Source: Escherichia coli (lineage in GTDB: Bacteria > Pseudomonadota > Gammaproteobacteria > Enterobacterales > Enterobacteriaceae). Taken from it: a stretch of 64,000 bases of DNA. The notes beneath the pieces were generated by a model, which worked only from the letters and a program-made list of their open reading frames with translations, did not search any database and had not been told where the DNA came from. Below are positions 21,660 through 33,894 of this stretch, one piece after another; position 1 is the stretch's first letter; each line of letters starts with the position of its first letter. The translations under genes were made by a program, and so were the position numbers. The stretch is taken from the NCBI RefSeq assembly GCF_016903815.1, contig NZ_CP069973.1; one strand, given 5' to 3'.

Positions 21660-22190
21660 ATCGATAATACGCGCGTATAAGTTCACATCATCATAGGCAT
21701 CATTCAGGAACTCAGCCTGTTTCAGACAACCTTCAAGGATAAAACCATTGCGCAAGGCGACCTGGTTGCTTTGCACATTGTCCACCCGACATTTGATCAC
21801 GAAGCGTCTAAGTTCACCAGACTGGGCGTAATGATGAATCAATGCCTGCAGCGCCTGAGAAATGATCCCCTGCCCCTGATGAGATTCGTCCAGCCAGTAG
21901 CCGATTTCAGCGGTTTTATTCAGTGGTTCAATACGATTAAACGAGATAACGCCGATAAGTTCATCTTCTTTGAAAATCATGAACATTTTGGCATATCCGC
22001 GTTGATGCAACATTACATTGCCCTGCACCGTTTTTCGCGTGTCCTCTTCACTTTGAACAAACTGCGGCCAGTTTAGCGACTGCTGTAACCAGGTTTTATT
22101 TTTACAGATTAACTGATAAAGAGGTGTGACGTGATTTTCTGCAACAGCATGTAATTCAAGTGATTCGCTTACTTTTATCGTTTCGGTCAT
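21651..22190 (-). CDS. rimL: Ribosomal protein L7/L12 serine acetyltransferase RimL (GNAT)
   Basis: Start trimmed to [16 protein letters not shown] (179 aa); GNAT fold. Confidence 0.9.
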   Translation of the reverse strand: MTETIKVSESLELHAVAENHVTPLYQLICKNKTWLQQSLNWPQFVQSEEDTRKTVQGNVMLHQRGYAKMFMIFKEDELIGVISFNRIEPLNKTAEIGYWLDESHQGQGIISQALQALIHHYAQSGELRRFVIKCRVDNVQSNQVALRNGFILEGCLKQAEFLNDAYDDVNLYARIIDSQ

Positions 22191-22220
22191 CTTATCTCCA
22201 GTCAATCCATGCAGTTGTTA

Positions 22221-22244
22221 AAAAAGCCGCCTGGCTGGCGGCTT
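22221..22244 (-). terminator. Rho-independent terminator downstream of ydcH (agccgccagccaggcggct + T-run on minus strand)
   Basis: Perfect 7-bp stem, 5-nt loop, T5 run. Confidence 0.6.
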
Positions 22245-22252
22245 AGGAAAGT

Positions 22253-22477
22253 TTACACCTCTTTGACGCTCTCCTGCTGCAGGATTTTGAGCATCTCATC
22301 TTTTAACTGTAACTTTTGTTTTTTCATGCGGACCACTTCCGCATTATACCCTCGACCGTCGGAACCTTCCTTTCTGGCAATTTCATGATCAAGTTTATTG
22401 TGTTTATCGAACAAGGACATAAAGCGAGGATTTTCGTTTTTCAGACGGGATATTAAATCTCGATATTCTGGAAACAT
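22253..22477 (-). CDS. ydcH: Small protein YdcH (DUF465)
   Basis: 74 aa MFPEYRDLISRLKNENPRF...; synteny. Confidence 0.8.
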   Translation of the reverse strand: MFPEYRDLISRLKNENPRFMSLFDKHNKLDHEIARKEGSDGRGYNAEVVRMKKQKLQLKDEMLKILQQESVKEV

Positions 22478-22616
22478 ACGCACTCCCTGTTAGTGGCTGA
22501 CAAGGTGTATCTGAAATACACACCATCAGATTACTCATTTAACTTAGGGAAAAATGCGAGCGGGATCGTGTTTAACCAGACGGCACCTCCCGAAGAAGGT
22601 GCCGAAGAAAAAACAA

Positions 22617-24272
22617 TTAACTCATCACGCGGTCGTCAACATACTGACGTTTATCCGGCGCTGGCGGGAAATACTGATAGAGCCATGTTTCACTGATAGC
22701 GTCGCCCTGACAACGCAGATACATCCGCATATCGACCGGATCAGTGGAGTCCGAAGTCGGATACCAGTCAAACTGAATACGATAACCATCAATGGGTTCA
22801 ATATAGAGAATTTCGATTTGCTTCGCTTCCCCACTGGAAAGCGTAATCACCGGCTCAATGCCTTTTGGTGCGGCAGCTTTCAGATCACCATCAACGAAAT
22901 CGACGGCAAAACGACGCGCCCATTTTTCGGGATAGTGTTCACCTGGCGCCCAACCTTCCGGGAAACCACCCATGCCGGTACGCGTCGCCATAACGCGCGC
23001 TAATGGGCAATGAACAGGCGGTTGCGCACTCCAGTACAGACGATACTGGAATGCAAACTCATCACCCGCTTTTACAGCTTTTTCTGGCTGCCAGAAGCAG
23101 ACAATGTTATCCAGCGTTTCGCCCGTTGTTGGGATTTCCATCAGGCCGATGGTGCCCTTACCCCACTTGTTACGCGGTTCCACCCACAGACTTGGGCGTT
23201 TGTTATACCAGCCCATAATGTCCTGATAATGAGAGAAATCACGATCCAGTTGCAATAGACCAAACCCTTTCGGGTTGTTGTCGGTGTAAGCATTGAACTG
23301 CAATTTTTGCGGATTATTCAGCGGACGGCAAATCCACTCGCCATTGCCCCGCCACATGGACAGACGATCTGAGTCATGGATTTGCGGATGAATGGTGTCG
23401 CACATCCGACGTTCATTAGTACCGCAGCTGAACATGCTGGTCATCGGCGCAATGCCCAGCTGTTTAATGTCTTTGCGCGCATACAGGTGATTTTCCACAT
23501 CCATAATCACCTGACTTTTCTCACAATGGATAGTGAACTTATAGGCACCAGTAATGCTGGCGCTATCGAGCAACGCATAAACGGTAAAGGTGGTTGCCCC
23601 CGGTTTTACCGTATCAAACCAGAAGGCAGTAAAGTCGGGGAACTCTTCTTTACTGTCGGTGTAAGTGTCGATCGCCAGGCCGCGAGCCGATAGACCGTAT
23701 TGATATGTATCATCAACCGCGCGGAAATAACTCGCGCCGAGGAATGATACGACATCACGGCGCGCCAGTTCGGGGGCTTTAAACACGCGAAAACCGGCAA
23801 AACCGAGATCGCTTTGCCCTTCTAATTGTTTGGTATCAACACCCGCATCGTTGTATTTGAACAACTCCGGGCGAAAGTGAATTTCACGCGCCAGATGTGT
23901 TGCGGGATCAACAGAAAACATACGAACGCGGCGACGGAATCCCATTCCCATATGGAAGAACTGAGCGTCCAGTTGACGGTTCTCAACGTTATGCCAGAGC
24001 GATTTTTCGGCGTCGTATTGAATACTGTTATAAGCCTGCGGCGTCATTGTCGCCAGCGTGTCAGGTAACGGACGAGGCGCACCACGCCACGCTGTTTGCG
24101 CTAAGTCGTGCGCCATTGACTGTAGAATGGAGAAGTCAAAACGTTGGGTTTGCCCGTCGGCAATATCAGAATCTGCCGCGAATGCCGCCTGAGAAAAAAG
24201 AGAAGCAATGCCGCTGGTACCGCACACGGCGGCCATAGCCATTGAACCTTTAATAAATCGTCTACGATCCAT
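22617..24272 (-). CDS. opgD: Glucans biosynthesis protein D (periplasmic, Tat-exported)
   Basis: 551 aa; twin-arginine signal [10 protein letters not shown]...AFA; MdoG/MdoD family. Confidence 0.92.
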   Translation of the reverse strand: MDRRRFIKGSMAMAAVCGTSGIASLFSQAAFAADSDIADGQTQRFDFSILQSMAHDLAQTAWRGAPRPLPDTLATMTPQAYNSIQYDAEKSLWHNVENRQLDAQFFHMGMGFRRRVRMFSVDPATHLAREIHFRPELFKYNDAGVDTKQLEGQSDLGFAGFRVFKAPELARRDVVSFLGASYFRAVDDTYQYGLSARGLAIDTYTDSKEEFPDFTAFWFDTVKPGATTFTVYALLDSASITGAYKFTIHCEKSQVIMDVENHLYARKDIKQLGIAPMTSMFSCGTNERRMCDTIHPQIHDSDRLSMWRGNGEWICRPLNNPQKLQFNAYTDNNPKGFGLLQLDRDFSHYQDIMGWYNKRPSLWVEPRNKWGKGTIGLMEIPTTGETLDNIVCFWQPEKAVKAGDEFAFQYRLYWSAQPPVHCPLARVMATRTGMGGFPEGWAPGEHYPEKWARRFAVDFVDGDLKAAAPKGIEPVITLSSGEAKQIEILYIEPIDGYRIQFDWYPTSDSTDPVDMRMYLRCQGDAISETWLYQYFPPAPDKRQYVDDRVMS

Positions 24273-24496
24273 ACCTGAAAGTGAGTCCTTCTGGTGTTGT
24301 GAATGGTCCCGCGCTGGTCGTTTTCAGCGGCAAGAAAGTGCTTATTTATGACCGCTCACTCTAGACAATATTTATTAATAATCCAATTGTTGAACTGAGA
24401 GAATATGCATAAATCGGCAATTTTTTTATGTCGATGGGATGAGCCTGATTCGTTTGTAAAATCAGGCAAATTTTTGCAAAGGCGGATGGTCAGAAT

Positions 24497-25840
24497 TTAA
24501 AGCAAACCACAGCGACGTTTACTGCGTTCTTCCGCTTCCTGATAAAGCTGGAACTCATCCAAAACCGGGCAGCCCAACGCCTGCTCAAATGCTTCGCGAC
24601 TGGCATTACCGTGACTGCGTGCCTGCGTTTCATTACCCAGATTTGACTGGAAGATCCCCGCCGCGCTAACAGGCAAGAAATCTTCATAGGTAATGGGTTG
24701 CGCCACTACCCAACCACGTTCAATTAAGGGCTGTGGATCGTCTCCGGAATGAATCGCCTGACGATGCGCCTCACCTGAAGGCGTCAGACGGTACCGGAAC
24801 CATGCCAACCCTTGCTGACGCATTAAAAACTCACTGTCAGGAAAAGTGCGGAAGGTTTCCTGTAAATGCATTTGGTGAGTGAGATTATCCTGCCCGGTTC
24901 CAGCGTTACGCAGAAGATCATCATACAGTTGTCGCCCTTTCGGCGTTAATGCCACACCACGCTGCTCTATTTCACCAAAGCGCGCGGTATGCGTACCCTG
25001 TTTCTGCCCTGCAAACAACACCGTCTCTTCCAGTGCTTTAAAGCTGGTCTGGCGTAGTAAAATCGGTACCTCGCGGCGCGGCGGCCCTTCGATCAGAATT
25101 TTGGGTTCAATCCCGCATTCAGGCATCATCGACTGCACCCGGTCAATATCCAGCGTACGTGGCGTCAGGTGGTTGATATGGCATCCAGGAAAACAGACCA
25201 CATCAGCAATCAACCGATGTTCGTTGTGCAAGGCGCGATAGGTTTCTTCATCTACCGTTGCTGACTGGTGCCAACGAAACGTTTCCAGGGCTTCCTGCAC
25301 AAACTCCTGTGCCTGTGTTTCGTTAAAACCGCCCCGCTGCTCATATTCCTCTAACAGTTGTCGACAACGTGGGGTGAAGATATCGCGCTGACGCAGAATC
25401 TCCTCCGCTTTCTGGCGCAAAATTTCGTTCTCGATAAGCTCAAGGCGGAGTAATGAAGTAAAAACGCGGAAGGGATTACGCGCCAGAGAAGCATCATCAA
25501 TGGGCCGAAATGCTGTGGAATGTACCGGCACTCCCGCCTGCGAGAGATCGTAATAGCTCACCGGGTACATCCCCATAATGGCAAACATCCGCCGAAGAGT
25601 AGCAAGCTCTTGTGCAGTCCCAACGCGAATTGCCCCATGACGTTCAACATTCAGTCGCGCCAGCTCGTCTGCATTTACCATTTTTTCGTGCAGTTGAGGA
25701 TTGTTTTCCAGCACAGCCAGATTCACATCAGCTACCAGTTCCAGCAGCGTGCCGTACTGCGGAACTTCTTGCTGGTACATGGCTGACATTGCCTGCGAAA
25801 ACTGTTCCCGAATCTCATCCGCCGTGATGCTGTTCGCCAT
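24497..25840 (-). CDS. ydcJ: Uncharacterized DUF1338 metalloenzyme-like protein YdcJ
   Basis: 447 aa; synteny. Confidence 0.85.
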   Translation of the reverse strand: MANSITADEIREQFSQAMSAMYQQEVPQYGTLLELVADVNLAVLENNPQLHEKMVNADELARLNVERHGAIRVGTAQELATLRRMFAIMGMYPVSYYDLSQAGVPVHSTAFRPIDDASLARNPFRVFTSLLRLELIENEILRQKAEEILRQRDIFTPRCRQLLEEYEQRGGFNETQAQEFVQEALETFRWHQSATVDEETYRALHNEHRLIADVVCFPGCHINHLTPRTLDIDRVQSMMPECGIEPKILIEGPPRREVPILLRQTSFKALEETVLFAGQKQGTHTARFGEIEQRGVALTPKGRQLYDDLLRNAGTGQDNLTHQMHLQETFRTFPDSEFLMRQQGLAWFRYRLTPSGEAHRQAIHSGDDPQPLIERGWVVAQPITYEDFLPVSAAGIFQSNLGNETQARSHGNASREAFEQALGCPVLDEFQLYQEAEERSKRRCGLL

Positions 25841-26056
25841 AGTGTCTGCCTCCAGTGGTCAGTAATCTGGAGTGTAGGTAACCGCATTCACTCCGGCGGG
25901 AAGAATTTACAAACTGTGATCTCGCCGCGAAAACATCAATATTATCCATTTTGCTGTAACATAATTGCTTTAATTGTTAATAATATTTTGCAATCAAGTT
26001 ATCATAATCAAACAACTTCACTTGTCAGCGACACCGCTTCGTTTTTAACATCGCTT

Positions 26057-26980
26057 ATGGAAAAAAATAGTCTGTTTAGTCAGCGCATCCGTTTGCGCCA
26101 CCTTCATACATTCGTAGCTGTCGCACAACAAGGAACTTTGGGGCGCGCGGCTGAAACCCTTAATTTGAGTCAACCTGCGCTCTCTAAAACACTGAATGAA
26201 CTGGAGCAACTGACGGGCGCTCGCTTGTTTGAGCGTGGTCGTCAGGGGGCGCAACTTACCTTACCCGGCGAACAATTTTTAACGCATGCAGTCAGAGTTC
26301 TTGACGCCATCAACACTGCCGGACAGTCGCTTCATCGTAAAGAAGGTCTTAATAATGATGTCGTCAGGGTTGGTGCACTACCTACTGCGGCACTGGGGAT
26401 ATTACCTTCGGTTATAGGTCAGTTTCATCAGCAACAAAAAGAGACGACCTTGCAAGTTGCGACAATGAGTAACCCTATGATTCTTGCGGGTTTAAAAACC
26501 GGGGAAATCGATATCGGCATTGGTCGGATGTCAGATCCTGAACTGATGACCGGACTTAATTACGAACTGCTGTTTCTTGAATCGCTGAAGCTGGTCGTCC
26601 GCCCTAATCACCCGCTACTTCAGGAGAACGTAACGCTAAGCCGGGTGCTGGAATGGCCGGTCGTTGTATCACCAGAAGGCACTGCGCCACGCCAGCATTC
26701 AGATGCATTAGTGCAGAGCCAGGGCTGTAAAATTCCTTCGGGTTGTATCGAAACGCTGTCTGCTTCGCTATCTCGTCAACTTACGGTTGAATACGACTAC
26801 GTGTGGTTTGTCCCTTCTGGCGCTGTAAAAGACGACCTGCGTCATGCCACGCTGGTGGCCCTGCCTGTTCCAGGGCATGGTGCAGGCGAACCGATTGGAA
26901 TACTGACCCGCGTAGATGCGACGTTCTCTTCTGGTTGCCAGTTGATGATTAACGCTATTCGAAAATCAATGCCGTTCTGA
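26057..26980 (+). CDS. ydcI: LysR-family transcriptional regulator YdcI
   Basis: Start set at MEKNSLFSQRIRLRHLHTFVAV (307 aa); LysR HTH; ORF-track upstream extension rejected. Confidence 0.88.
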   Translation: MEKNSLFSQRIRLRHLHTFVAVAQQGTLGRAAETLNLSQPALSKTLNELEQLTGARLFERGRQGAQLTLPGEQFLTHAVRVLDAINTAGQSLHRKEGLNNDVVRVGALPTAALGILPSVIGQFHQQQKETTLQVATMSNPMILAGLKTGEIDIGIGRMSDPELMTGLNYELLFLESLKLVVRPNHPLLQENVTLSRVLEWPVVVSPEGTAPRQHSDALVQSQGCKIPSGCIETLSASLSRQLTVEYDYVWFVPSGAVKDDLRHATLVALPVPGHGAGEPIGILTRVDATFSSGCQLMINAIRKSMPF

Positions 26981-27017
26981 AAGGTGAAGGGATCTGTCGA
27001 TCCCTCCTTGAACATTT

Positions 27018-28658
27018 TCACACTGTAGCGAAACTAACTGGTTCACCCGCTCCGCGAGGTTCTGCCGACACAGAATGTTTGTTCAGACGGAATACGTCCA
27101 CCGCCTCAGTTAATCGTGCAGCCTGTTCTTCAAGGGACACCGCCGCCGCTGAGGCCTCTTCTACCAGAGAAGCATTCTGTTGCGTCACCTTATCCATTTC
27201 AGAAATCGCCTGGCTAACCTGAGTTATGCCTCTACTTTGTTCATCCGAGGCGGCGGCGATTTCCTGCATGATATGTGTGACACTCGCGACGGCATCAACA
27301 ATAGTGCTCATGGTTTTCCCTGCCATTGCCACCTCATCCGACCCCAGGTCAATTAACCTGACAGATTCACTGATCAAGCCTTCAATCTCTTTCGCCGCCT
27401 GGGCGCTGCGGCTTGCGAGTGTCCGTACTTCGCTGGCGACAACGGCAAATCCACGTCCTTGCTCACCCGCTCGCGCGGCTTCAACGGCAGCATTCAGTGC
27501 CAGAATATTCGTCTGGAAAGCAATACTGTTGATGACGGAAGTGATCTCGGAAATTTTCTTCGAACTCGTGGAGATAGCGCCCATCGTTTTTACTACACCG
27601 GAAACCGTCTGCCCGCCATCGCTGGCTTTAATAGAAGCCTCCTGCGCCAGTTTGCTGGCATGATGCGCGTTATCCGCATTCTGTTTCACCGTCGCAGTGA
27701 GTTGCTCCATGCTGGCGGCAGTTTGTTCAATTGCCGCCGCTTGTTCTTCAGTGCGAGATGAAAGGTCCGCATTGCCAGCGGAAATTTCGCTGGTGCCACG
27801 ATAAATCTCTTCCGCGCCCTGTCGAACGGTCCCTACTGTCATCCCCAGTGAATGCTGCATTTGCTGTAAATGACGACTTAAGCGACCGATTTCATTACGA
27901 CCCGCCGGTTCATCATTCATCGTCAGATCGCCACTGGCGATTTTTTCAATTCGTTGTGCGGCATGTTGCAGTGGACGAATGACGATCCGACGTAGCACTA
28001 TAAATGTTATCAGCGTCATGACCAGGGCAAGCACAAACGCGCCAATCATGAACATCCCACCCAGGCGGGTGCGCTGATGGGCCAGTTCCGCCAGTTGGTT
28101 GGCTCTGGTGCTACGTATCTTAATGGCTTTGCTCAAAATATCGGTATAAGCATTATCCAGCGGTCGGATCTGCTCACTTTCATGATTGATAATCGCTTCA
28201 AACATGCCATTTTTGGCATATTTCAACATCGGTTGCATACCCGTGATATAAGCCTGGAAGCGTTGATTTAATTCAGTGTCAAGGGCTTCATCAGCAGGTG
28301 TTTTCACCGACCGATTCTGATAAGCACGATAACCTTGCTGCGACTGTTTAATCTCCGATTCGGCTTGCGCAATATTTCGCTTCATTGCTTCCATTTCAGC
28401 AATACGACTCGCAGCACCAGCCTGAATCATATTGATCCGGGCTGAACGCAAAAAATCTGAACTGTTCGCTAACCCGGTCCGAATCTCAATCTCCGCAGTA
28501 ACATCACGCTGATCGCGATCGGCCTGCCAGAGGAAATAGCCAGCCAGAGCTGAACTTAATGCGAATAGAACTAAGATACCGCCAAGAATGCAGGCAAATA
28601 ACGGAACCAGCCTGATGTGATGCAAAAAACCTAATCGCTGTGAGGGAGTTGTATTCAT
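27018..28658 (-). CDS. trg: Methyl-accepting chemotaxis protein III (ribose/galactose transducer)
   Basis: 546 aa; two TM segments, HAMP, conserved MCP signalling domain with methylation sites. Confidence 0.92.
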   Translation of the reverse strand: MNTTPSQRLGFLHHIRLVPLFACILGGILVLFALSSALAGYFLWQADRDQRDVTAEIEIRTGLANSSDFLRSARINMIQAGAASRIAEMEAMKRNIAQAESEIKQSQQGYRAYQNRSVKTPADEALDTELNQRFQAYITGMQPMLKYAKNGMFEAIINHESEQIRPLDNAYTDILSKAIKIRSTRANQLAELAHQRTRLGGMFMIGAFVLALVMTLITFIVLRRIVIRPLQHAAQRIEKIASGDLTMNDEPAGRNEIGRLSRHLQQMQHSLGMTVGTVRQGAEEIYRGTSEISAGNADLSSRTEEQAAAIEQTAASMEQLTATVKQNADNAHHASKLAQEASIKASDGGQTVSGVVKTMGAISTSSKKISEITSVINSIAFQTNILALNAAVEAARAGEQGRGFAVVASEVRTLASRSAQAAKEIEGLISESVRLIDLGSDEVAMAGKTMSTIVDAVASVTHIMQEIAAASDEQSRGITQVSQAISEMDKVTQQNASLVEEASAAAVSLEEQAARLTEAVDVFRLNKHSVSAEPRGAGEPVSFATV

Positions 28659-28959
28659 TACCGTTGTCTCTCGTCCAGGTTTACTCCTGATAGAAAGTCA
28701 TCGGCACTTGACGATAATTACTTATGACCAAAAACCTCTTTGCGTCACATTTTTACAACAATTATTGCAGAGAAAATTAATGCTATTGGAATGAAGAGAG
28801 TAACGAATGGCTAAACTGGCTAACCCGAATGACGAAAAATTCTGGAAAACAGCACGCAATTTCGTCAGGTGATTATTTTCGTCCCTAAGGAAACCACATA
28901 GGATGCTCACGGGTGCCTGAGACTTTCTGTTTTCAGGCTAACCGGGAATCAGAAAGACG

Positions 28960-29016
28960 AAGGCCCCGACCGATATTTCTATCAACCGAGGCCAACGAAT
29001 GAACCAAGCAATTCAG

Positions 29017-29030
<14 letters not shown>
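28960..29030 (-). ncRNA. sokB: Probable SokB antisense RNA (type I antitoxin); position approximate
   Basis: Inferred from hok/sok architecture: antisense to mokB start region; not delimited from sequence. Confidence 0.3.
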
Positions 29031-29206
<176 letters not shown>

Positions 29207-29277
29207 GGGCAAGCGCGGGGATTTTCCCCGCGCATCTGACTAGCAGATTCATTTTCTCATGGCACCCCTTTTACACT

Positions 29278-29451
29278 TCAGTTAGTGCATGTTTTTTTCG
29301 ATGCACTAATAGAACCATCATTACAGACAAATTTGCCGCCTGCCGTACAGTGTGAGATCCCCCCTTTCGAACCAGAACAGGGTTTGCGCCCGGCATCGGC
29401 ATAAAAGGAAACAAGCGCTCCTATAACCAAGATGAGTGCCAATTTTTTCAT
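29278..29451 (-). CDS. ydcA: Small secreted cysteine-rich protein YdcA (57 aa)
   Basis: Hand-translated MKKLALILVIGALVSFYADAGRKPCSGSKGGISHCTAGGKFVCNDGSISASKKTCTN; below ORF-track size cutoff. Confidence 0.8.
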   Translation of the reverse strand: MKKLALILVIGALVSFYADAGRKPCSGSKGGISHCTAGGKFVCNDGSISASKKTCTN

Positions 29452-29584
29452 ATAACCTCCATGGTTTATCGAATCTTATGTTCGATTTGAACGTTATACG
29501 CTGGTTTATTTTGATACCGTTGATGAGATCAAAGATCGGGTGAATTGATTAAAGATAAGCCAGATGGACGTATGGATAAGGATT

Positions 29585-29621
29585 ATGGTTTTATTTGTCA
29601 TACAAATAAATATAATAGGCG
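29585..29621 (+). promoter_or_regulatory. Putative sigma70 promoter of rydC (-10 TATAAT at 29611-29616)
   Basis: Consensus TATAAT hexamer about 6 nt upstream of recalled RydC 5' end; -35 not clearly identified. Confidence 0.4.
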
Positions 29622-29685
29622 CTTCCGATGTAGACCCGTATTCTTCGCCTGTACCACGGGTCGGTTTTAGTACAGGCGTTTTCTT
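29622..29685 (+). ncRNA. rydC: Hfq-dependent small RNA RydC
   Basis: Matches recalled RydC sequence CTTCCGATGTAGACCCGTATTCTTCGCCTGTACCACGGGTCGGTTTTAGTACAGGCGTTTTCTT; ydcA-cybB intergenic as in K-12. Confidence 0.8.
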
Positions 29686-29695
29686 TAAATATCCT

Positions 29696-30226
29696 TCAGG
29701 AACGTTTACGCGGCATCATGCGTAGAAGTGTGTTGTCCTTCCAGAAATAGTGGTGTGCCAGTGCAGCCGCAGCGTGCAACCCGATGACAAAATATCCCAG
29801 ATTCGCCAGCATTTCATGCCACGACTTTAAGCTATCAACCCGTTCGAAATTGGCCTCTGATGCATAAGGCATCGTCAAACCAAACGCAAACCACGGGTTG
29901 CCTCGGTTATACATCATCACCAAACCAATCACTGGCAGCGCAATAAACAGGAGATAAATCACCAAATGTCCCAAATGCGCCAGTCCCGTCATCATCGGTT
30001 TTGGCTTAGGTATAATCGGCGGGGTTGGGTATTTCAGCCTTAACAAAAGACGAACGACCATCAGCACGAGAATTGATATGCCACAGGAAACATGAATCAT
30101 GTTGATGAGTGGCCGATCGCTACGTGGGAAGAAACCCCGAAACTCCATTGCGCAATACGCTGCAATAACCAGCAAAAAGACCAGCCAGTGAATGCTGATT
30201 TGTAACCTTGAGTATTTATTTCCCAT
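29696..30226 (-). CDS. cybB: Cytochrome b561
   Basis: Start trimmed to MGNKYSRLQISIHWLVF (176 aa); 4-TM di-haem b561 family. Confidence 0.9.
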   Translation of the reverse strand: MGNKYSRLQISIHWLVFLLVIAAYCAMEFRGFFPRSDRPLINMIHVSCGISILVLMVVRLLLRLKYPTPPIIPKPKPMMTGLAHLGHLVIYLLFIALPVIGLVMMYNRGNPWFAFGLTMPYASEANFERVDSLKSWHEMLANLGYFVIGLHAAAALAHHYFWKDNTLLRMMPRKRS

Positions 30227-30414
30227 AACATTTCCTGCTTTAACATAATTTGCCGTTAACATAACGAGCTTTTCTTAAAATTTCATTAAATATTGTTCAC
30301 CCGTTTTCAGTACGTTACGTTTCACGGCAAGAATGTAGATTGCCCATCCCGCCATCGTGGTCTAAGCCTGGAAAGGATCAATTTTCATCCGAACGTTCCT
30401 GACAGGAGAAGACC

Positions 30415-31416
30415 ATGAGTAAAGTTGGTATTAATGGTTTTGGTCGTATCGGTCGACTGGTGTTGCGTCGATTACTTGAAGTCAAAAGCAACATAGACAT
30501 TGTTGCTATTAATGATCTCACTTCCCCAAAAATTCTCGCCTACCTGTTGAAACATGATTCAAACTACGGACCGTTCCCCTGGAGCGTTGATTTTACGGAA
30601 GATTCACTTATCGTTGATGGAAAAAGTATCGCGGTTTACGCCGAAAAAGAGGCTAAAAATATTCCGTGGAAAGCGAAAGGCGCAGAAATCATTGTCGAAT
30701 GTACTGGCTTTTATACCTCCGCCGAGAAATCGCAGGCGCATCTTGATGCTGGTGCGAAGAAGGTGTTGATTTCCGCCCCTGCCGGTGAAATGAAAACCAT
30801 CGTTTATAACGTCAATGACGACACACTGGATGGCAACGACACCATTGTTTCCGTGGCGTCATGCACCACTAATTGTCTTGCACCGATGGCCAAAGCCTTG
30901 CACGACAGTTTCGGAATAGAAGTCGGCACGATGACGACCATTCATGCCTATACCGGCACTCAGTCACTGGTGGATGGCCCGCGTGGTAAAGATCTACGCG
31001 CTTCACGTGCAGCGGCAGAAAATATCATTCCCCACACTACGGGGGCGGCAAAAGCCATTGGTCTGGTGATCCCAGAACTGAGCGGCAAACTGAAAGGTCA
31101 TGCACAACGCGTACCCGTGAAAACCGGTTCGGTGACTGAACTGGTGTCTATTCTTGGAAAAAAAGTGACTGCCGAAGAGGTGAACAACGCGCTTAAAAAC
31201 GCGACAAACAATAACGAGTCATTTGGTTATACCGATGAAGAAATAGTCTCTTCCGATATCATTGGCAGCCATTTCGGTTCGGTGTTTGATGCCACGCAAA
31301 CCGAAATTACCGCCGTGGGCGATTTACAACTGGTGAAAACGGTCGCCTGGTACGATAACGAATATGGCTTCGTCACGCAGCTTATTCGCACCCTCGAAAA
31401 ATTCGCTAAACTCTGA
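30415..31416 (+). CDS. gapC: Glyceraldehyde-3-phosphate dehydrogenase C, intact 333 aa
   Basis: NAD-binding NGFGRIGR; catalytic [10 protein letters not shown]; uninterrupted ORF. Confidence 0.9.
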   Translation: MSKVGINGFGRIGRLVLRRLLEVKSNIDIVAINDLTSPKILAYLLKHDSNYGPFPWSVDFTEDSLIVDGKSIAVYAEKEAKNIPWKAKGAEIIVECTGFYTSAEKSQAHLDAGAKKVLISAPAGEMKTIVYNVNDDTLDGNDTIVSVASCTTNCLAPMAKALHDSFGIEVGTMTTIHAYTGTQSLVDGPRGKDLRASRAAAENIIPHTTGAAKAIGLVIPELSGKLKGHAQRVPVKTGSVTELVSILGKKVTAEEVNNALKNATNNNESFGYTDEEIVSSDIIGSHFGSVFDATQTEITAVGDLQLVKTVAWYDNEYGFVTQLIRTLEKFAKL

Positions 31417-31423
31417 CGCGCAC

Positions 31424-31447
31424 AGGCGGAGGAAAAAACCTCCGCCT
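31424..31447. terminator. Hairpin between convergent gapC and aldA (aggcggagg-aaaaaa-cctccgcct)
   Basis: Perfect 9-bp stem; flanking T-run weak. Confidence 0.45.
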
Positions 31448-31457
31448 CTTTCACTCA

Positions 31458-32897
31458 TTAAGACTGTAAATAAACCACCTGGGTCTGCAGATATTCATGC
31501 AGGCCATGTTTACCATCTGCGCCGCCAATACCGGATTTACGCCATCCGGCGTGGAAGCCTTGCATAGCTTCGAAGTTTTCACGGTTGATGTAAGTTTCAC
31601 CAAACTTCAGCCCTTTAATGGCTTTCATCGCGACGTTCAGATTTTGGGTATAGATTGATGAGGTCAGGCCGTAATCACTGTCATTCGCCATTGCGATAGC
31701 ATCTTCCAGCGTGTCAAATGCGACCACCGGCAGAACCGGGCCAAAGGTTTCCTCATGCATAATCGACATTTCCTGGCGAACATCCAGCAGCAATGTCGGC
31801 GGATAATAATATCCTTTCCCCTCTACCGCTTTGCCACCCAACGCCACTCTCGCCCCTTCTTCTACTGCGCGCGCCACTTTTTGCTCGACCCTTTCCAGCG
31901 CCGCGGCGTTAATCAACGGCCCCATCGCAATGTCGTTGCGTTCTGCGGGGTTACCAAATTGAACCGCCTGCAACGCTTCACCCAGCCGATTGACGAACTG
32001 ATCATAAATGCCTTTCTGTACATAAACACGTTCTGCACAGTTACACACTTGCCCACTATTAATGACGCGTGAATCAACGATGGCTTTGACTGCCAGTTCA
32101 AGATCGGCATCGTCCATTACGATAGCTGGTGCTTTACCCCCCAATTCCAGGCACACTTTGGTGATGTTTTTCGCCGCAGTCGCCATGATCTTTTCACCTG
32201 CAGAGACGCTGCCTGTCATACTGACCATTGCGACCTTTGGGTTACCCGCCAGTTCTTGCCCAACGGTTTCACCACGCCCCAGAACAAGGTTAAACACGCC
32301 GCGCGGAAGGCCTATTTCATCGACGATTTTGGCGAATGCAATCGCATTGTTTGGCGTAAATTCACTGGGTTTAATGACAATGGTATTACCAGTCAAAAGA
32401 GCGGGAGCCATTTTGCGGGCAATGAGGAAGAACGGGAAGTTCCACGGCAGAATGCCGGTAGTCACACCAAGCGCACGTTTAAACAGAAGAATATTTTCTC
32501 CTGGACGATCGCTTTGAATAATCTCGCCCTCGTAACGCCGTGCCCACTCCGCCATGTAATCGATATAGTCCGCAGTAAAAGCCACTTCGACTTCAGCCAG
32601 CTGCTGGATCTTGCCCCCTTCTTCAACAATCAGCGCACTGATTTCACTGGCGCGTTCGCGGATCCCGACGGAGATTTTGCGCAACCAACTGGCGCGTTCA
32701 ATAGCAGGCAACGCTTCCCATTCTGGTTGTGCACGTTCTGCTGCATCGATTGCCTTACGGGCATCCTCGGCCTGACCATCGGGAATGCGGGAAATGACAG
32801 CCTCTGTAGCAGGGTTTACCACATCAATCCATGCGTCTCCACGCCAGGTAACAAACTGTCCATCAATATACATAGGATGTTGAACGGGTACTGACAT
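31458..32897 (-). CDS. aldA: Lactaldehyde dehydrogenase (aldehyde dehydrogenase A)
   Basis: 479 aa ALDH; catalytic Cys motif GQVCNCAERVYV. Confidence 0.93.
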   Translation of the reverse strand: MSVPVQHPMYIDGQFVTWRGDAWIDVVNPATEAVISRIPDGQAEDARKAIDAAERAQPEWEALPAIERASWLRKISVGIRERASEISALIVEEGGKIQQLAEVEVAFTADYIDYMAEWARRYEGEIIQSDRPGENILLFKRALGVTTGILPWNFPFFLIARKMAPALLTGNTIVIKPSEFTPNNAIAFAKIVDEIGLPRGVFNLVLGRGETVGQELAGNPKVAMVSMTGSVSAGEKIMATAAKNITKVCLELGGKAPAIVMDDADLELAVKAIVDSRVINSGQVCNCAERVYVQKGIYDQFVNRLGEALQAVQFGNPAERNDIAMGPLINAAALERVEQKVARAVEEGARVALGGKAVEGKGYYYPPTLLLDVRQEMSIMHEETFGPVLPVVAFDTLEDAIAMANDSDYGLTSSIYTQNLNVAMKAIKGLKFGETYINRENFEAMQGFHAGWRKSGIGGADGKHGLHEYLQTQVVYLQS

Positions 32898-33093
32898 GAG
32901 CGGCTCCTGTGATTTATATGTTTGTTTTTGGTAAATACATTGTTAATTAACATCAATCATCAGAGAGACGGCATCATGAAAGGACAATTCTGTGAAGGGC
33001 TTCATAAAAACAAGTGTAAAAGGAATAAGAGGCAGAAATAAAAGGCAGGAGTTATGCCCGTTTGCAAACAAGTGGTTCACAAACGGGCAATTT

Positions 33094-33894
33094 TTAACGT
33101 AACGAGCGACTTTCCATCGCCTCGATGAGCACCGCATCGTGTTTCAGCGTTTGCCATGCATGGATGACTTCTGCCGGAAAATCAACGTGAACGATAAAAT
33201 CTCGCCCGCGGGGACCGTAGCCATCGCTATCATCGCGTAAACGCGGCAGCTCGCCAGTGAGTAGTGAGAGATAACGCTCAACCGGCCATAATCCTTGCAA
33301 CGGATTAACAAAGATTACACTGTCTGCGTTGTTTCCTAGCTGAGGAACGAATCCGGGATAACTTAACCAGCGAGGTGCATCTGGATTGTCCCCGGTCATA
33401 CGGCGGAACGTCGCCATCGTGCGCCGCTGCATGGTGGGGTCCTGAACAACGATAGCCGTATGAACTCGTTCTACGGCCTGATTCAATAGCGCGATGCTAA
33501 AGCGTGCGTTTTCACCGCAGTTTGTTGACTGGTCTTCAATCCAGATTTTTTCATGCGGAATATGCCAGAACTGATGAGCGATATCCGCCAGGATGGTCGC
33601 TTCTGCTCTGCCAGTGGTGCGAATAGTGTTGTAGTGCGGATGCTGTGCGATGGCGCTATACAAAAAAGTTGTCGAGTGACCGATACCACCACTGATCAGT
33701 AAAGGAATTTGCTGATCGCGAGCAATCTTACATGCCGCGTCGATAGTCGGCATAACCGCATTGCCTGCAAGGATCACGCAATCGGCCTGATACGGCACCT
33801 CACCGGAGAAATCATCCTGCGCCAGCCACTGTCCGATAACATTTATGGCATCTATGGTTGCCGGCGAAAGCGTCGGAAACGGGGTAATGTTCAT
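33094..33894 (-). CDS. ydcF: DUF218-domain protein YdcF
   Basis: 266 aa; synteny. Confidence 0.85.
   Translation of the reverse strand: MNITPFPTLSPATIDAINVIGQWLAQDDFSGEVPYQADCVILAGNAVMPTIDAACKIARDQQIPLLISGGIGHSTTFLYSAIAQHPHYNTIRTTGRAEATILADIAHQFWHIPHEKIWIEDQSTNCGENARFSIALLNQAVERVHTAIVVQDPTMQRRTMATFRRMTGDNPDAPRWLSYPGFVPQLGNNADSVIFVNPLQGLWPVERYLSLLTGELPRLRDDSDGYGPRGRDFIVHVDFPAEVIHAWQTLKHDAVLIEAMESRSLR

Noticed and set aside
25916-26056. N-terminal extension of ydcI ORF (354 aa form)
   Set aside because: Extension lies in the divergent ydcJ-ydcI promoter region and is low-complexity; the LysR HTH begins shortly after the Met at 26057.
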